Made by a program: the position numbers and the translations under genes. Shown here in pieces: positions 9,850 to 18,379 of a stretch of DNA of 35,441 bases. Position 1 is the stretch's first letter. Each line of letters begins with the position of its first letter. The notes under the pieces are model-generated. The model was not told the origin of the DNA. It was given only the letters and a program-made list of their open reading frames with translations, and did not search any database. The stretch comes from a virus (taxonomy: Duplodnaviria > Caudoviricetes): positions 1-35,441 of IMG/VR virus record IMGVR_UViG_3300020044_001378; one strand, written 5' to 3'.

Positions 9850-11462
9850 TGGCTAGAAATACAGATATGATGATTGACGGCGGCGGAGATTTTGAGCCTA
9901 CACCTTCAACTCCAGCGCCTGCAACTACAGTCGTACCATCTGTCCCAGTTTCATCTGTTGCATCTTTTAGAAAAGCAGAAGAGGCGGATAGAGCAGCAAC
10001 TCCTACTAACTTATCTGTCTCGGCATCAGAGTCATCTGCAGCAGCGCGTGCCGCTGCTATGGCAGCAGTGCCTGTGTCAGTAGATGTATTTAAAGATACT
10101 CTTAATAACCTACGCGCTGCACGCGGTATTACTGCAGAAAATATTAATGCATTAGGTCAACTTAATGTCCAAGATTTAACTGAACAACGCATCGCAAATG
10201 CTCAAGCAGTAGCAGCAAAGCCAATTATGTCTGCAGAACAAAAAGCAGGTGGTGGTGTTGTTAAGTGGATTGGTGGCGTTAATGGTGAATACCAGATTGT
10301 AATGCCTATTGGTTCACCACTTGTTGGCTCTAAGGCTTCAGGATGGGAACCAGGACGCAACCGCGTTGACGGAACACCAAGTGCAACTGCTGGTTCTGCT
10401 GGTGGAGCAACAGGCGGTACAGGAACAGGCGGTACTGGAGGAACTGGAACAGGTGGAACAGGTACTGGCGGTACTGGTACTGGTGGCACTGGAGGCACAG
10501 GCACTGGCGGTACAGGTGGTACAGGCACTGGAGGAACAGGAACTGGAACAGGTTTCAACACTACTGGTTTAAGCACAGAACAGATTGATGCTGTCGCAGG
10601 TATTAAGGCATTCCTATCATCACTAGGTATTGGTGACCTATCAGATGCTATAACCAACGCTATTAAGCGTGGCTATACAACTGACACAATTAAGTTGATT
10701 ATGCAAGACCCTAATAGTACAGACCCATTAGCGGTTGCATTTCAAAAGCGCTTTCCTGCAAACAAAGAACGCATTGCTGCTGGCAAGCCAGCGATTGATG
10801 CAGCAGATTACCTTCGCGCAGAGCGTGCCTATGCACAAATCTTTCAGTCTTATGGCGTAAGCAATCTTGCTAGCAATGCTTTAATGAGTTCTTTTATTGC
10901 AGGAGATGTATCAGCAACTGAAGTAACTGACCGCATTGCATTAGCAGTTAACAGAGTGCAAAACGCTGATGCTAATACTAAGGCAATCCTTAAGAGAAAC
11001 TACCCAGAACTTACAACTGGCGACCTAGTTGGTGCAATGCTAAATCCTAAGGATGGATTGCCAGCACTACAACGTAAGGTACAGATTGCTGAAATCGGCG
11101 GAGCCGCTCTTGCTCAGAAGTTAGATACCAGCCTTGCTGGTGGGACAAAGGCTTCAGATGTATTCGGAAACGTAACAACTGGAAGTATGGGTCTAGAAGA
11201 ACTTGCTTCACTAGGAATCACAAAAGAAGAAGCACAAAAGGGTTACGGACAAATTGCAACAATTGCACCTCGTTCAGAGTTCTTATCATCAATTACTGGC
11301 GGTCAGGACTACACAAGATTACAAGCAGAGCAAGAAGTCTTTGGTGGATTAGCATCTGCTAAGCGTGCTCGTGAACAGTTAAGTGAAACTGAAGTTGGAC
11401 GCTTTGGTGGCAAAGCAGGAACTATAGGCTCGAAAAGCCTTGGTCAAAGCAGAACAATATAA
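9849..11462 (+). CDS. Putative internal virion protein with a Gly/Thr repeat linker
   Basis: 537 aa, TAATG-coupled; central (GT/GGT)n repeat; helical-looking C-terminal half. Confidence 0.55.
   Translation: MARNTDMMIDGGGDFEPTPSTPAPATTVVPSVPVSSVASFRKAEEADRAATPTNLSVSASESSAAARAAAMAAVPVSVDVFKDTLNNLRAARGITAENINALGQLNVQDLTEQRIANAQAVAAKPIMSAEQKAGGGVVKWIGGVNGEYQIVMPIGSPLVGSKASGWEPGRNRVDGTPSATAGSAGGATGGTGTGGTGGTGTGGTGTGGTGTGGTGGTGTGGTGGTGTGGTGTGTGFNTTGLSTEQIDAVAGIKAFLSSLGIGDLSDAITNAIKRGYTTDTIKLIMQDPNSTDPLAVAFQKRFPANKERIAAGKPAIDAADYLRAERAYAQIFQSYGVSNLASNALMSSFIAGDVSATEVTDRIALAVNRVQNADANTKAILKRNYPELTTGDLVGAMLNPKDGLPALQRKVQIAEIGGAALAQKLDTSLAGGTKASDVFGNVTTGSMGLEELASLGITKEEAQKGYGQIATIAPRSEFLSSITGGQDYTRLQAEQEVFGGLASAKRAREQLSETEVGRFGGKAGTIGSKSLGQSRTI
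10405..10555 (+). repeat. Coding low-complexity repeat (GTGG/GGT units)
   Basis: About 50 codons reading TGGTGTGGTGGTGTGG..., with varied synonymous codons. Confidence 0.9.
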
Positions 11463-11470
11463 ATAGAATC

Positions 11471-11553
11471 CTGAGCGGACCGACCAGCCCCGCCAGCGTA
11501 AAAGACTGGGAGTAAGAGCCAGACCATTTCCCCGAATGGTATCTGAGGCTTGC
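11471..11553 (+). ncRNA. Candidate structured cis-regulatory leader of the scaffold/capsid operon (pseudoknot plus stem-loop)
   Basis: P1 CTG-A-GCGG (11471-78)/CCGC-CAG (11490-96); loop CCAG (11484-87) complementary to CTGG (11506-09); second stem GTAAG/CTTGC, CAG/CTG, ACCATT/AATGGT with a TCCCCG loop. Confidence 0.6.
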
Positions 11554-11585
11554 GAACTAACTACGAATAGAAGGGTGGCGTTGCT

Positions 11586-12065
11586 ATGAGCAACAACTAC
11601 TGGGACGACGAAGACGATGACCTAGATACAATCGAAGAAGCACCGATGGATGGAAGTGACTTACTTAAAAAGTTACGAAAAGCCAAGCGTGCAGACGAGA
11701 AGCGTATCAAGGAACTTACTGAGCAACTTGAGGGATTTTCCAAGGCGCAGCGTGAGGCAATTGTTAAGTCGACACTAGAAAAGAAGGGCGTCAATCTTAA
11801 AGCAGCCCGTTTAGTAATGAAGGACTTGGATGATATTAACGAAGAATCAGTTTCTAACTGGCTCGATGATAATGCAGACTTGTTCGGACTAACGGTTAAC
11901 GAAGAGGCATCAGGAATAACACAAGAAGACCGCGCTGCATTACGCAACCAGGACTTGGTTACCCAAAATGCTATGACCCCTGACCGAGCAAACGATATTG
12001 AATACAGAATGCAACAGGCAACGTCTGAAGATGACATTCTGGCAATTCTTCGCTCACAACAATAA
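11586..12065 (+). CDS. Capsid scaffolding protein
   Basis: 159 aa, acidic N-terminus, coiled coil (LKKLRKAKRADEKRIKELTEQL), directly upstream of the capsid gene. Confidence 0.75.
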   Translation: MSNNYWDDEDDDLDTIEEAPMDGSDLLKKLRKAKRADEKRIKELTEQLEGFSKAQREAIVKSTLEKKGVNLKAARLVMKDLDDINEESVSNWLDDNADLFGLTVNEEASGITQEDRAALRNQDLVTQNAMTPDRANDIEYRMQQATSEDDILAILRSQQ

Positions 12066-12098
12066 TATCCGTTCATAGTCACTTGGAGGTGACCGCAT

Positions 12099-13298
12099 AT
12101 GCCTAACGCATATACATCCACAGGCAGTACTTCTCTCGGAGGTACCGTCGGCGGTGCAGGTCTTGTACAGAAGGCGTATGACCGTCTTCTAGAATTCGCT
12201 CTCCGTTCAGAGCCACTAATTCGTTCAGTCGCAGACAAGACTCCAGCACAGCAATCAATCCCAGGTTCAACAGTAGTACTACAAAAGTACGAGGACCTAA
12301 CAGCAGCAACAAGCACACTAACAGAGACAGTTGACCCAGATGCAGTTGCATTGTCAACACCTAACACAGTTACAATTACTCTTAACGAGTACGGTAACTC
12401 TGTTCTTGTAACACGTGCGTTGGAACTATTCTCTCTAGCAGATGTAGACCCAGCAATTGCTAACATCATCGCATTCAACCTTGCAGATTCAATCGACCAG
12501 GTTGCAATGACAACACTACGCTCAGGAAGCAACGTAATCTACGGTGGTTCAACAGCGACATCAACAGCAACAATCACTGCTGCTGCAACACTAGACTCAG
12601 CAGACATCCGCAAGGCTGTTGCAAAGTTGCGTGCTAACAAGGCTGCATACCGCAAGGGTTCACTATACTGGACAGGTATTCACCCAGAAGTTTCACACGA
12701 CCTACGTGCAGAGACAGGCGCAGCAGGATGGCGCGACCCACACAATTACTCTGATGTAGACAAAATCTACGCTGGAGAAATTGGACAGTACGAAGGTGCA
12801 TTCTACGTAGAATCAGCACGTTTGTTCAACGCTAAGACTGGTGCAGACCAGTCAGCACTAGCAACAACAGCAGTAACAGTTGCAGGAACTTCAGCAGGAT
12901 TCACATTCGGCGTTGCTTCAACATCTGTTATCGCAACACGCGCTGAAGTTGGCGACAAGATTGCAGGAACAGGTGTCGGTTCAGGCGCTAAGATTACTGC
13001 TATCTCAACATCAGGTTCAACAACAACATTTACTGTTGACGTTGCTAACTCTGCTGCAGTTACAGTATCAACAACAATCACAGTTACACCAGTAACTCGC
13101 GTATTCAATACAATCGTGGCTGGAAAGCAAGCAATGGCTCAGGCTGTTGCCGAAGAACCACACGTTGTCATTGGTAACGTAACAGATAAGTTGATGCGTT
13201 TCCGCCCAATGGGTTGGTACGGCGTACTCGGCTTTGCAATCTACCGTGACGAGGCTCTATACCGCCTTGAGTCAGGTTCATCAATCGCTGCTCTCTAG
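12099..13298 (+). CDS. Major capsid protein (HK97 fold, N4 gp56-like) with a Thr-rich insertion
   Basis: 399 aa; TITLNEYGN, IHPEVSHDLR, GEIGQYEG and DKLMRFRPMGWYG motifs; strong RBS GGAGGTGA; highly biased codon usage. Confidence 0.9.
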   Translation: MPNAYTSTGSTSLGGTVGGAGLVQKAYDRLLEFALRSEPLIRSVADKTPAQQSIPGSTVVLQKYEDLTAATSTLTETVDPDAVALSTPNTVTITLNEYGNSVLVTRALELFSLADVDPAIANIIAFNLADSIDQVAMTTLRSGSNVIYGGSTATSTATITAAATLDSADIRKAVAKLRANKAAYRKGSLYWTGIHPEVSHDLRAETGAAGWRDPHNYSDVDKIYAGEIGQYEGAFYVESARLFNAKTGADQSALATTAVTVAGTSAGFTFGVASTSVIATRAEVGDKIAGTGVGSGAKITAISTSGSTTTFTVDVANSAAVTVSTTITVTPVTRVFNTIVAGKQAMAQAVAEEPHVVIGNVTDKLMRFRPMGWYGVLGFAIYRDEALYRLESGSSIAAL

Positions 13299-13311
13299 TA
13301 GTTAATTGACG

Positions 13312-13339
13312 GGTGGGCAGAGGGAAACCTCTGCTCATC
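13312..13339 (+). terminator. 12-bp GAAA-tetraloop hairpin after the capsid gene (terminator, stabiliser or processing site)
   Basis: GGTGGGCAGAGG-GAAA-CCTCTGCTCATC with two G-U pairs; no U tract. Confidence 0.6.
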
Positions 13340-13362
13340 AGTAAGTTCACTAAGGAGGACTA

Positions 13363-13635
13363 ATGGCTACTTGGCTATTCAAGACACCAACCGTAGAGGA
13401 AGGTCCATCTGGCAGTGGCTCACGCCTATTCTACTTTTACAAGTTAGATGTAGGTGTTTCCATTGTAAAACAAAACGGAGTTTACTCCCAGCAAAGATAC
13501 ATCCTTGATTCAGACTTACCAACCTTTCAAGAGTTGTATCAAGGTGGAAGAAACTACGAAGTAAGTGATGCAACAAAGGCAGCATTGATTGCTGGTGGAG
13601 TTGGAGTCACAGAGGCAAACTTTACAGAAGTGTAG
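13363..13635 (+). CDS. Hypothetical protein (head module)
   Basis: 90 aa, RBS AAGGAGG. Confidence 0.75.
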   Translation: MATWLFKTPTVEEGPSGSGSRLFYFYKLDVGVSIVKQNGVYSQQRYILDSDLPTFQELYQGGRNYEVSDATKAALIAGGVGVTEANFTEV

Positions 13636-13641
13636 GGACAA

Positions 13642-13956
13642 ATGAATTTACATCAAAAGCAAAAACATCCTGAGTATGTTGAAGGTTGTTTTGGTTGCAA
13701 AATAGGAACTCTTGAGTTATCTCCAGGAGATGCTTCAAGACCAATCGCTGACAAGAAGTGGACTGGCGAACTGAACGCATACAAAGAGGCTCGTGCTCAG
13801 GGTATGCAACCAGCAGGCACAACTCATCGGCATATTCAAGAAGCATATACGGCTAGTGAGGTTCTCAACAAACCTTACAATGCAAACGTTATGCCTAAAG
13901 CAAGAGATATAAATAAAAAATCCGTAGAAGCACTCAAGGAAGTAGGAGTAATATAA
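13642..13956 (+). CDS. Hypothetical protein with H-x4-H...CxxC (possible Zn site)
   Basis: 104 aa; HQKQKHPEYVEGCFGCK. Confidence 0.7.
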   Translation: MNLHQKQKHPEYVEGCFGCKIGTLELSPGDASRPIADKKWTGELNAYKEARAQGMQPAGTTHRHIQEAYTASEVLNKPYNANVMPKARDINKKSVEALKEVGVI

Positions 13957-14138
13957 TGCCAATGGTCGGAGATAAGAAGTTCCCATACACACCAGCAGGT
14001 CGCAAAGCAGCAAAGGCTTACGCCGCTGGCGAGAAGATGGAATCCAAGTCTGAGAAGATGATGGAAATGAAAAAGGGTATGAAGAAGCGTACCGCCAAAA
14101 AGGTTGCTAAAAAAGTCGCTAAGAAGAAGATGAAGTAA
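13956..14138 (+). CDS. Small Lys/Met-rich basic protein
   Basis: 60 aa; KKFPYT motif and histone-H1-like tail KKRTAKKVAKKVAKKKMK; TAATG coupling. Confidence 0.75.
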   Translation: MPMVGDKKFPYTPAGRKAAKAYAAGEKMESKSEKMMEMKKGMKKRTAKKVAKKVAKKKMK

Positions 14139-14140
14139 TT

Positions 14141-14466
14141 ATGCCAATGACATATGACGAATACCAGAACAAGCGTTCTTGGTTAATCGATACCGCTGAA
14201 ACTCCTGCAGACCAGAAGCGTCTGAAGGCACAACTTGATAAGTTAAAGGCTCAGTACGATGCTGGCAAGAAGAAAGCAGCACCAAAGCCTAAGACAACTC
14301 TGTTCGTGACAAGACCGCAGATGATGCCCGTCTACGTGCAACTGAGCGTGCTCGTATGCTTCGCGGAGAATCCGCAGAAGACAAGGCTTACCGCTTACTT
14401 ATGGAAAAGTATAACTATGACGTTACAAAGATTCCAGGCTTTAAGGGCGGCAAAGGCACACGATGA
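14141..14466 (+). pseudogene. Basic hypothetical protein interrupted by a -1 frameshift near 14293-14300 (1-nt deletion or assembly error)
   Basis: After ...PKPKTT, the -1 frame reads SVRDKTADDARLRATERARMLRGESAEDKAYRLLMEKYNYDVTKIPGFKGGKGTR and stops at TGA 14464-66, in an ATGA overlap with the next gene. Confidence 0.65.
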
Positions 14467-14630
14467 AGAACAAAGTTCAGAAAGTAATGGGCGAGTTCAA
14501 GCGGGGAACACTTCACTCTGGTAAAGGTGGCAAAGTTGTTAAATCTCGTAAGCAGGCTGTGGCTATTGCTCTCTCTGAAGCAGGCAAGTCGAAAGCGAAA
14601 AAGACAGTTAAGAAGGCGAAGAAAAAATAA
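14463..14630 (+). CDS. Small basic protein, DUF6496-like
   Basis: Not in track: MKNKVQKVMGEFKRGTLHSGKGGKVVKSRKQAVAIALSEAGKSKAKKTVKKAKKK (55 aa); coupled at both ends. Confidence 0.8.
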   Translation: MKNKVQKVMGEFKRGTLHSGKGGKVVKSRKQAVAIALSEAGKSKAKKTVKKAKKK

Positions 14631-14884
14631 TGGACCCAAGACTAAAGCGAGCAGGAGTATCAGGTTTTAACAAGCCTAAGCGTACACCGAATCACCCTAA
14701 GAAGTCACACGTTGTTGTGGCTAAAGAAGGTAACCAGGTTAAGACTATTCGCTTTGGTCAACAGGGCGTTACTGGAGATAGGCAGCCTACAAAGCGTCAA
14801 GCATCGTTTAAGGCTAGACACGCAAAGAATATTGCTAGAGGAAAGATGTCAGCAGCCTACTGGGCAGACAAGGTGAAGTGGTGA
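14630..14884 (+). CDS. Small basic phage protein
   Basis: 84 aa; KSHVVVAK...IRFGQQG...SFKARH...SAAYWA..VKW. Confidence 0.8.
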   Translation: MDPRLKRAGVSGFNKPKRTPNHPKKSHVVVAKEGNQVKTIRFGQQGVTGDRQPTKRQASFKARHAKNIARGKMSAAYWADKVKW

Positions 14885-15039
14885 AAAAGAAAGCATTCTG
14901 GGACAAGAAGAATCCTAATAAGAAATCAACACCTTTGACTGCAGCACAAAAGGCTAAGGCAAAGGCTAGGGCTAAGGCAGCAGGTCGACCTTACCCAAAC
15001 TTAGTAGACAACGCAGCAGTAAAAAGAAGGGCTAACTAA
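14881..15039 (+). CDS. Small basic hypothetical protein
   Basis: Not in track: GTG start, MKKKAFWDKKNPNKKSTPLTAAQKAKAKARAKAAGRPYPNLVDNAAVKRRAN (52 aa); GTGA and TAATG overlaps. Confidence 0.75.
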   Translation: MKKKAFWDKKNPNKKSTPLTAAQKAKAKARAKAAGRPYPNLVDNAAVKRRAN

Positions 15040-15305
15040 TGGCAAGCATTCCTGGTTTATCAATGACTGCTGAACTTAATCGTTTGGCTAATGGTGGAGA
15101 CTATCCATTAATGACAGCATTCAAGGCATCACAAGGTGCAGCCAATGCTTGGGCTGGGACAACAGGCAAGGGCTTAATTGCAGCCCTTAACTACAAGGCT
15201 GATGCAAACCGTCAACCTAATAACTTTAAAAACCTTAACGCTATCTGCAATGAACTAGCGTCTACTACTGGACTATCTGCTCTTGCAGCATTAAGGACTA
15301 TCTAA
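15039..15305 (+). CDS. Hypothetical protein
   Basis: 88 aa, coupled at both ends. Confidence 0.7.
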   Translation: MASIPGLSMTAELNRLANGGDYPLMTAFKASQGAANAWAGTTGKGLIAALNYKADANRQPNNFKNLNAICNELASTTGLSALAALRTI

Positions 15306-16222
15306 TGCCAACACTTGAAAGTATGATTGATGAAGTGCTTATCAATCTTGCAGGTTATACATACCAGCAGGATAGAGCAACTTACATCATTGAAAACGTT
15401 ACTGATACACCATCGACTATTGCCAACCCAACTATTCTTCAGTTAGCCTCTACCGACAATATCGGTAAGGGTACTATTGAAATCAACGAAGAGTTAATCT
15501 GGCTAGATTCTTTTGACCGCGTATCTAATACAGCAACCGTTCCACCTTGGGGTCGTGGCTACTTAGGTACAACAACAGCAGCACACACCGCTGGGGCTAA
15601 GGTTACTATCACGCCTACATTCCCACGCTATGTTATCAAGAAAGCAATCAACGATACTATCGCAGCCTTTGGCTCTACTATCTTTGCTGTCAAGACAACA
15701 TCATTTACCTTTAATGCAGCCCAGACTACATACCCATTTAACAATCTTGGTATCCACAACATTATGACAATTATGTGGCAAGACATTGGACCATCAGAAG
15801 AATGGTTCCCAATCCGTCGTTGGTCTTGGGATTCATTGGCTTCTACTACAGCATTTGGTGCTGGAGCACAGACAGTAACAATTGGCGACTTTGTTCAACC
15901 AGGTCGTACAGTCAAGGTTGTATATGCAACTGACCCAGTTCCATTTACAACTAACTCACAAGACTATGCAACACAAACAGGATTACCTGATTCAACACGC
16001 GATGTTGTAATTCTAGGTGCTTCTTATCGTTTGTTGACTTACCTAGACCCAGCACGTGCTGCTCAAGTAAGTCCTCAGGCTGATGAGACAGATAGTAAGC
16101 GTCCGTTTGGTGCATCACAGAGTGCAACGAAGCAACTCTATGCACTCTATACACAACGCCTTAATGAAGAAACAGCAAGACAGCAAGCCCAGTATCCAAT
16201 CCGCGTTCACTACAGCCGATAG
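15305..16222 (+). CDS. Putative head-tail adaptor (tail tubular protein A-like) with an inserted beta domain
   Basis: 305 aa; MPTLESMIDEVL start, INEELI...RGYLGTTTAAHTAGAKV insert, helical C-terminus; position between capsid and tail fibre. Confidence 0.6.
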   Translation: MPTLESMIDEVLINLAGYTYQQDRATYIIENVTDTPSTIANPTILQLASTDNIGKGTIEINEELIWLDSFDRVSNTATVPPWGRGYLGTTTAAHTAGAKVTITPTFPRYVIKKAINDTIAAFGSTIFAVKTTSFTFNAAQTTYPFNNLGIHNIMTIMWQDIGPSEEWFPIRRWSWDSLASTTAFGAGAQTVTIGDFVQPGRTVKVVYATDPVPFTTNSQDYATQTGLPDSTRDVVILGASYRLLTYLDPARAAQVSPQADETDSKRPFGASQSATKQLYALYTQRLNEETARQQAQYPIRVHYSR

Positions 16223-16230
16223 GTAAATAA

Positions 16231-18036
16231 ATGACAACAAGAAAATATTCCTCACGCTCCCAGCAAACAACACTGGCTGCGAACCTCACAGACTCAGCAA
16301 CTAGTTGCACTGTGGTATCTGGCTCAGCACTCCTTGGTGGACAGTCAGTACCTGCTGGTACAACATTTACTGTTGTCATTGACCCAGATACAGCACTCGA
16401 AGAAATTGTAGATGTTACGGTTGTTAGTACTAACGTATTAACAATCACCCGTGGTATTGAAAATGCTGGTACTGGACAGGCTCACTCTGCTGGTGCTGCT
16501 GTTCGCCATATGATGATTGGTCGTGATTTACGCGAAGCCAACCTTCACATCGAGGCGACTGGTGGATACAACGATGGTACTGGTGCTCACACAATGCACG
16601 GTATTGCATCAGGCGAAGGTGACGTTGTAGGTACACTTAAGACTCAGACTCTTACTAACAAGACTTTAACAGCACCTACTATTACTAACCCAAGCATCTC
16701 TGGTGCTGGCGTAGATGCAAGCATTGTTTTCGAAGGTGCAACACCAGATGCCTTTGAGACAACACTTACTGTAGTAGACCCAACTCAAGATAATACAATT
16801 ACCCTACCTAATACAACTGGTACAGTAGTAATTGCTAACGCAGCCCAGACACTTACCAACAAGACTATGGGCGATGCGCTTAATGCTGGTGGGTTCAAGA
16901 TTACAAACCTTGCTACACCAACACTTGCAAGTGATGCAGTACGCAAAGACTTTGCAGATGCTCAGGTAGCAGCAGCAGCAACAAGCGCTGCAAGTGCTGC
17001 ATCGAGTGCAACAGCAGCAGCAACTAGCGCAACTAGTGCTGCAGCCTCTGCATCCGCCGCTTCAACTAGCGCATCATCTGCTTTAACTTCTGCTAACTCT
17101 GCAGCAACTTCTGCTTCAACTATGGCAGCAAGCGTTACCGCTGCAGCCTCTAGTGCAACTGCAGCAGCATCTAGTGCTACCGCAGCGGCATCTTCTGCTA
17201 CGGCGGCATCAACCTCTGCTACATCAGCAGCAGCGTCAGCAACTGCTGCAGCAACATCTGCAACAAGTTCTGCATCATCGGCTACCGCAGCGTCTACATC
17301 AGCCACATCTGCTGCAGCAAGTGCAACCACTGCTGCTAACTCTGTAGCCACAATTGCAGGTTTTGCAAGTTCTGCTGCTACATCAGAGGCTAACGCTGCA
17401 GCCAGTGCAACTGCTGCTGCGACATCTGCTGCATCTGCAGCGGCATCTACAAGTGCTGCTGCTGCTAGCGCAACCGCTGCAGCAACAAGTGCTACATCCG
17501 CTTCTAACTCAGCAACCGCTGCAGCCACATCGGCAACTTCCGCAGCAACATCAGCGACAAGCGCTGCTGCTAGTGCAGCCTCGGCTGCTGCTGCAGTTGC
17601 CGCATCATTTGATGCTAAGGGTGACTTACTAGTAGGTACAGGGCTAGATGCTTTTAGCCCACTAACAGTTGCAGCAACTAATGGTTATGTACTTAGCGTC
17701 AACTCAGCAACAGCAACAGGTCTTGAATGGGCTGCTGCCAACCCTGGAGATATTACTGGCGTAACTGCTGGCACAGGATTAACTGGTGGAGGAACATCAG
17801 GTGCTGTGACAGTATCTCTTGATACATCAAGCGTCTATGTAGTTCCAGACCAAACAGGAAACTCTGGAAAGTATTTAACCACTAATGGAACCGCTTCATC
17901 TTGGGGTGCAGTAGATGCACTACCATCACAGACTGGTAACTCAGGAAAATATTTGACCACCAACGGAACAGCCGCTGCGTGGGCATCAATCGTAACCGAC
18001 CCTACACCGTCAGTATTTATGCTGATGGGTGCCTAA
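16231..18036 (+). CDS. Tail fibre protein
   Basis: 601 aa; TQTLTNKTL repeats, KITNLATPT..DA motif, long Ala/Ser/Thr stalk, AKGDLLVGTG, duplicated QTGNSGKYLTTNGT. Confidence 0.8.
   Translation: MTTRKYSSRSQQTTLAANLTDSATSCTVVSGSALLGGQSVPAGTTFTVVIDPDTALEEIVDVTVVSTNVLTITRGIENAGTGQAHSAGAAVRHMMIGRDLREANLHIEATGGYNDGTGAHTMHGIASGEGDVVGTLKTQTLTNKTLTAPTITNPSISGAGVDASIVFEGATPDAFETTLTVVDPTQDNTITLPNTTGTVVIANAAQTLTNKTMGDALNAGGFKITNLATPTLASDAVRKDFADAQVAAAATSAASAASSATAAATSATSAAASASAASTSASSALTSANSAATSASTMAASVTAAASSATAAASSATAAASSATAASTSATSAAASATAAATSATSSASSATAASTSATSAAASATTAANSVATIAGFASSAATSEANAAASATAAATSAASAAASTSAAAASATAAATSATSASNSATAAATSATSAATSATSAAASAASAAAAVAASFDAKGDLLVGTGLDAFSPLTVAATNGYVLSVNSATATGLEWAAANPGDITGVTAGTGLTGGGTSGAVTVSLDTSSVYVVPDQTGNSGKYLTTNGTASSWGAVDALPSQTGNSGKYLTTNGTAAAWASIVTDPTPSVFMLMGA
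16960..17610 (+). repeat. Ala/Ser/Thr heptad repeat (SATAAAT-like) coiled-coil stalk
   Basis: About 215 codons almost entirely A/S/T. Confidence 0.9.
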
Positions 18037-18052
18037 GCAAAGGATATAAACA

Positions 18053-18379
18053 ATGGCAAAGAAAGTACTTGGGCAAGTAAACCCATCTGCAACAACACTT
18101 ACAACTCTATACACTGTTCCTTCTGCGAAGGAAGCGGTAGTCTCATCTATCTCAGTTGCTAACCTAACATCAACTGCTGCAACATTTAGACTAGCAGTAC
18201 GTCCAGCAGGTGCATCAATTGCTAACCAGCACTACATTGGATACGACATCACTGTAGGAGCATCTGACTCAACAATCATTACAGTAGGTCTAACTCTTGC
18301 AACAACAGATGTACTATCAGTCTACGCTTCTACAGCAAACGTTGCTTTCCAGGCGTTTGGAGACGAGGCTTCGGTCTAA
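18053..18379 (+). CDS. Small beta-rich tail/virion protein
   Basis: 108 aa; KVLGQVNPSATTLTTLYTVPS. Confidence 0.7.
   Translation: MAKKVLGQVNPSATTLTTLYTVPSAKEAVVSSISVANLTSTAATFRLAVRPAGASIANQHYIGYDITVGASDSTIITVGLTLATTDVLSVYASTANVAFQAFGDEASV

Noticed and set aside
11471-11560. HDV-like or hammerhead ribozyme
   Set aside because: Could not fit the nested double pseudoknot or the CUGANGA/GAAA cores.
11597-12532. 311-aa antisense ORF over scaffold and capsid
   Set aside because: Shadow ORF from biased codon usage on the coding strand; no RBS or domain features.
16962-17528. 188-aa antisense Ala-rich ORF, and the similar one at 10202-10657
   Set aside because: Mirror images of low-complexity coding repeats.
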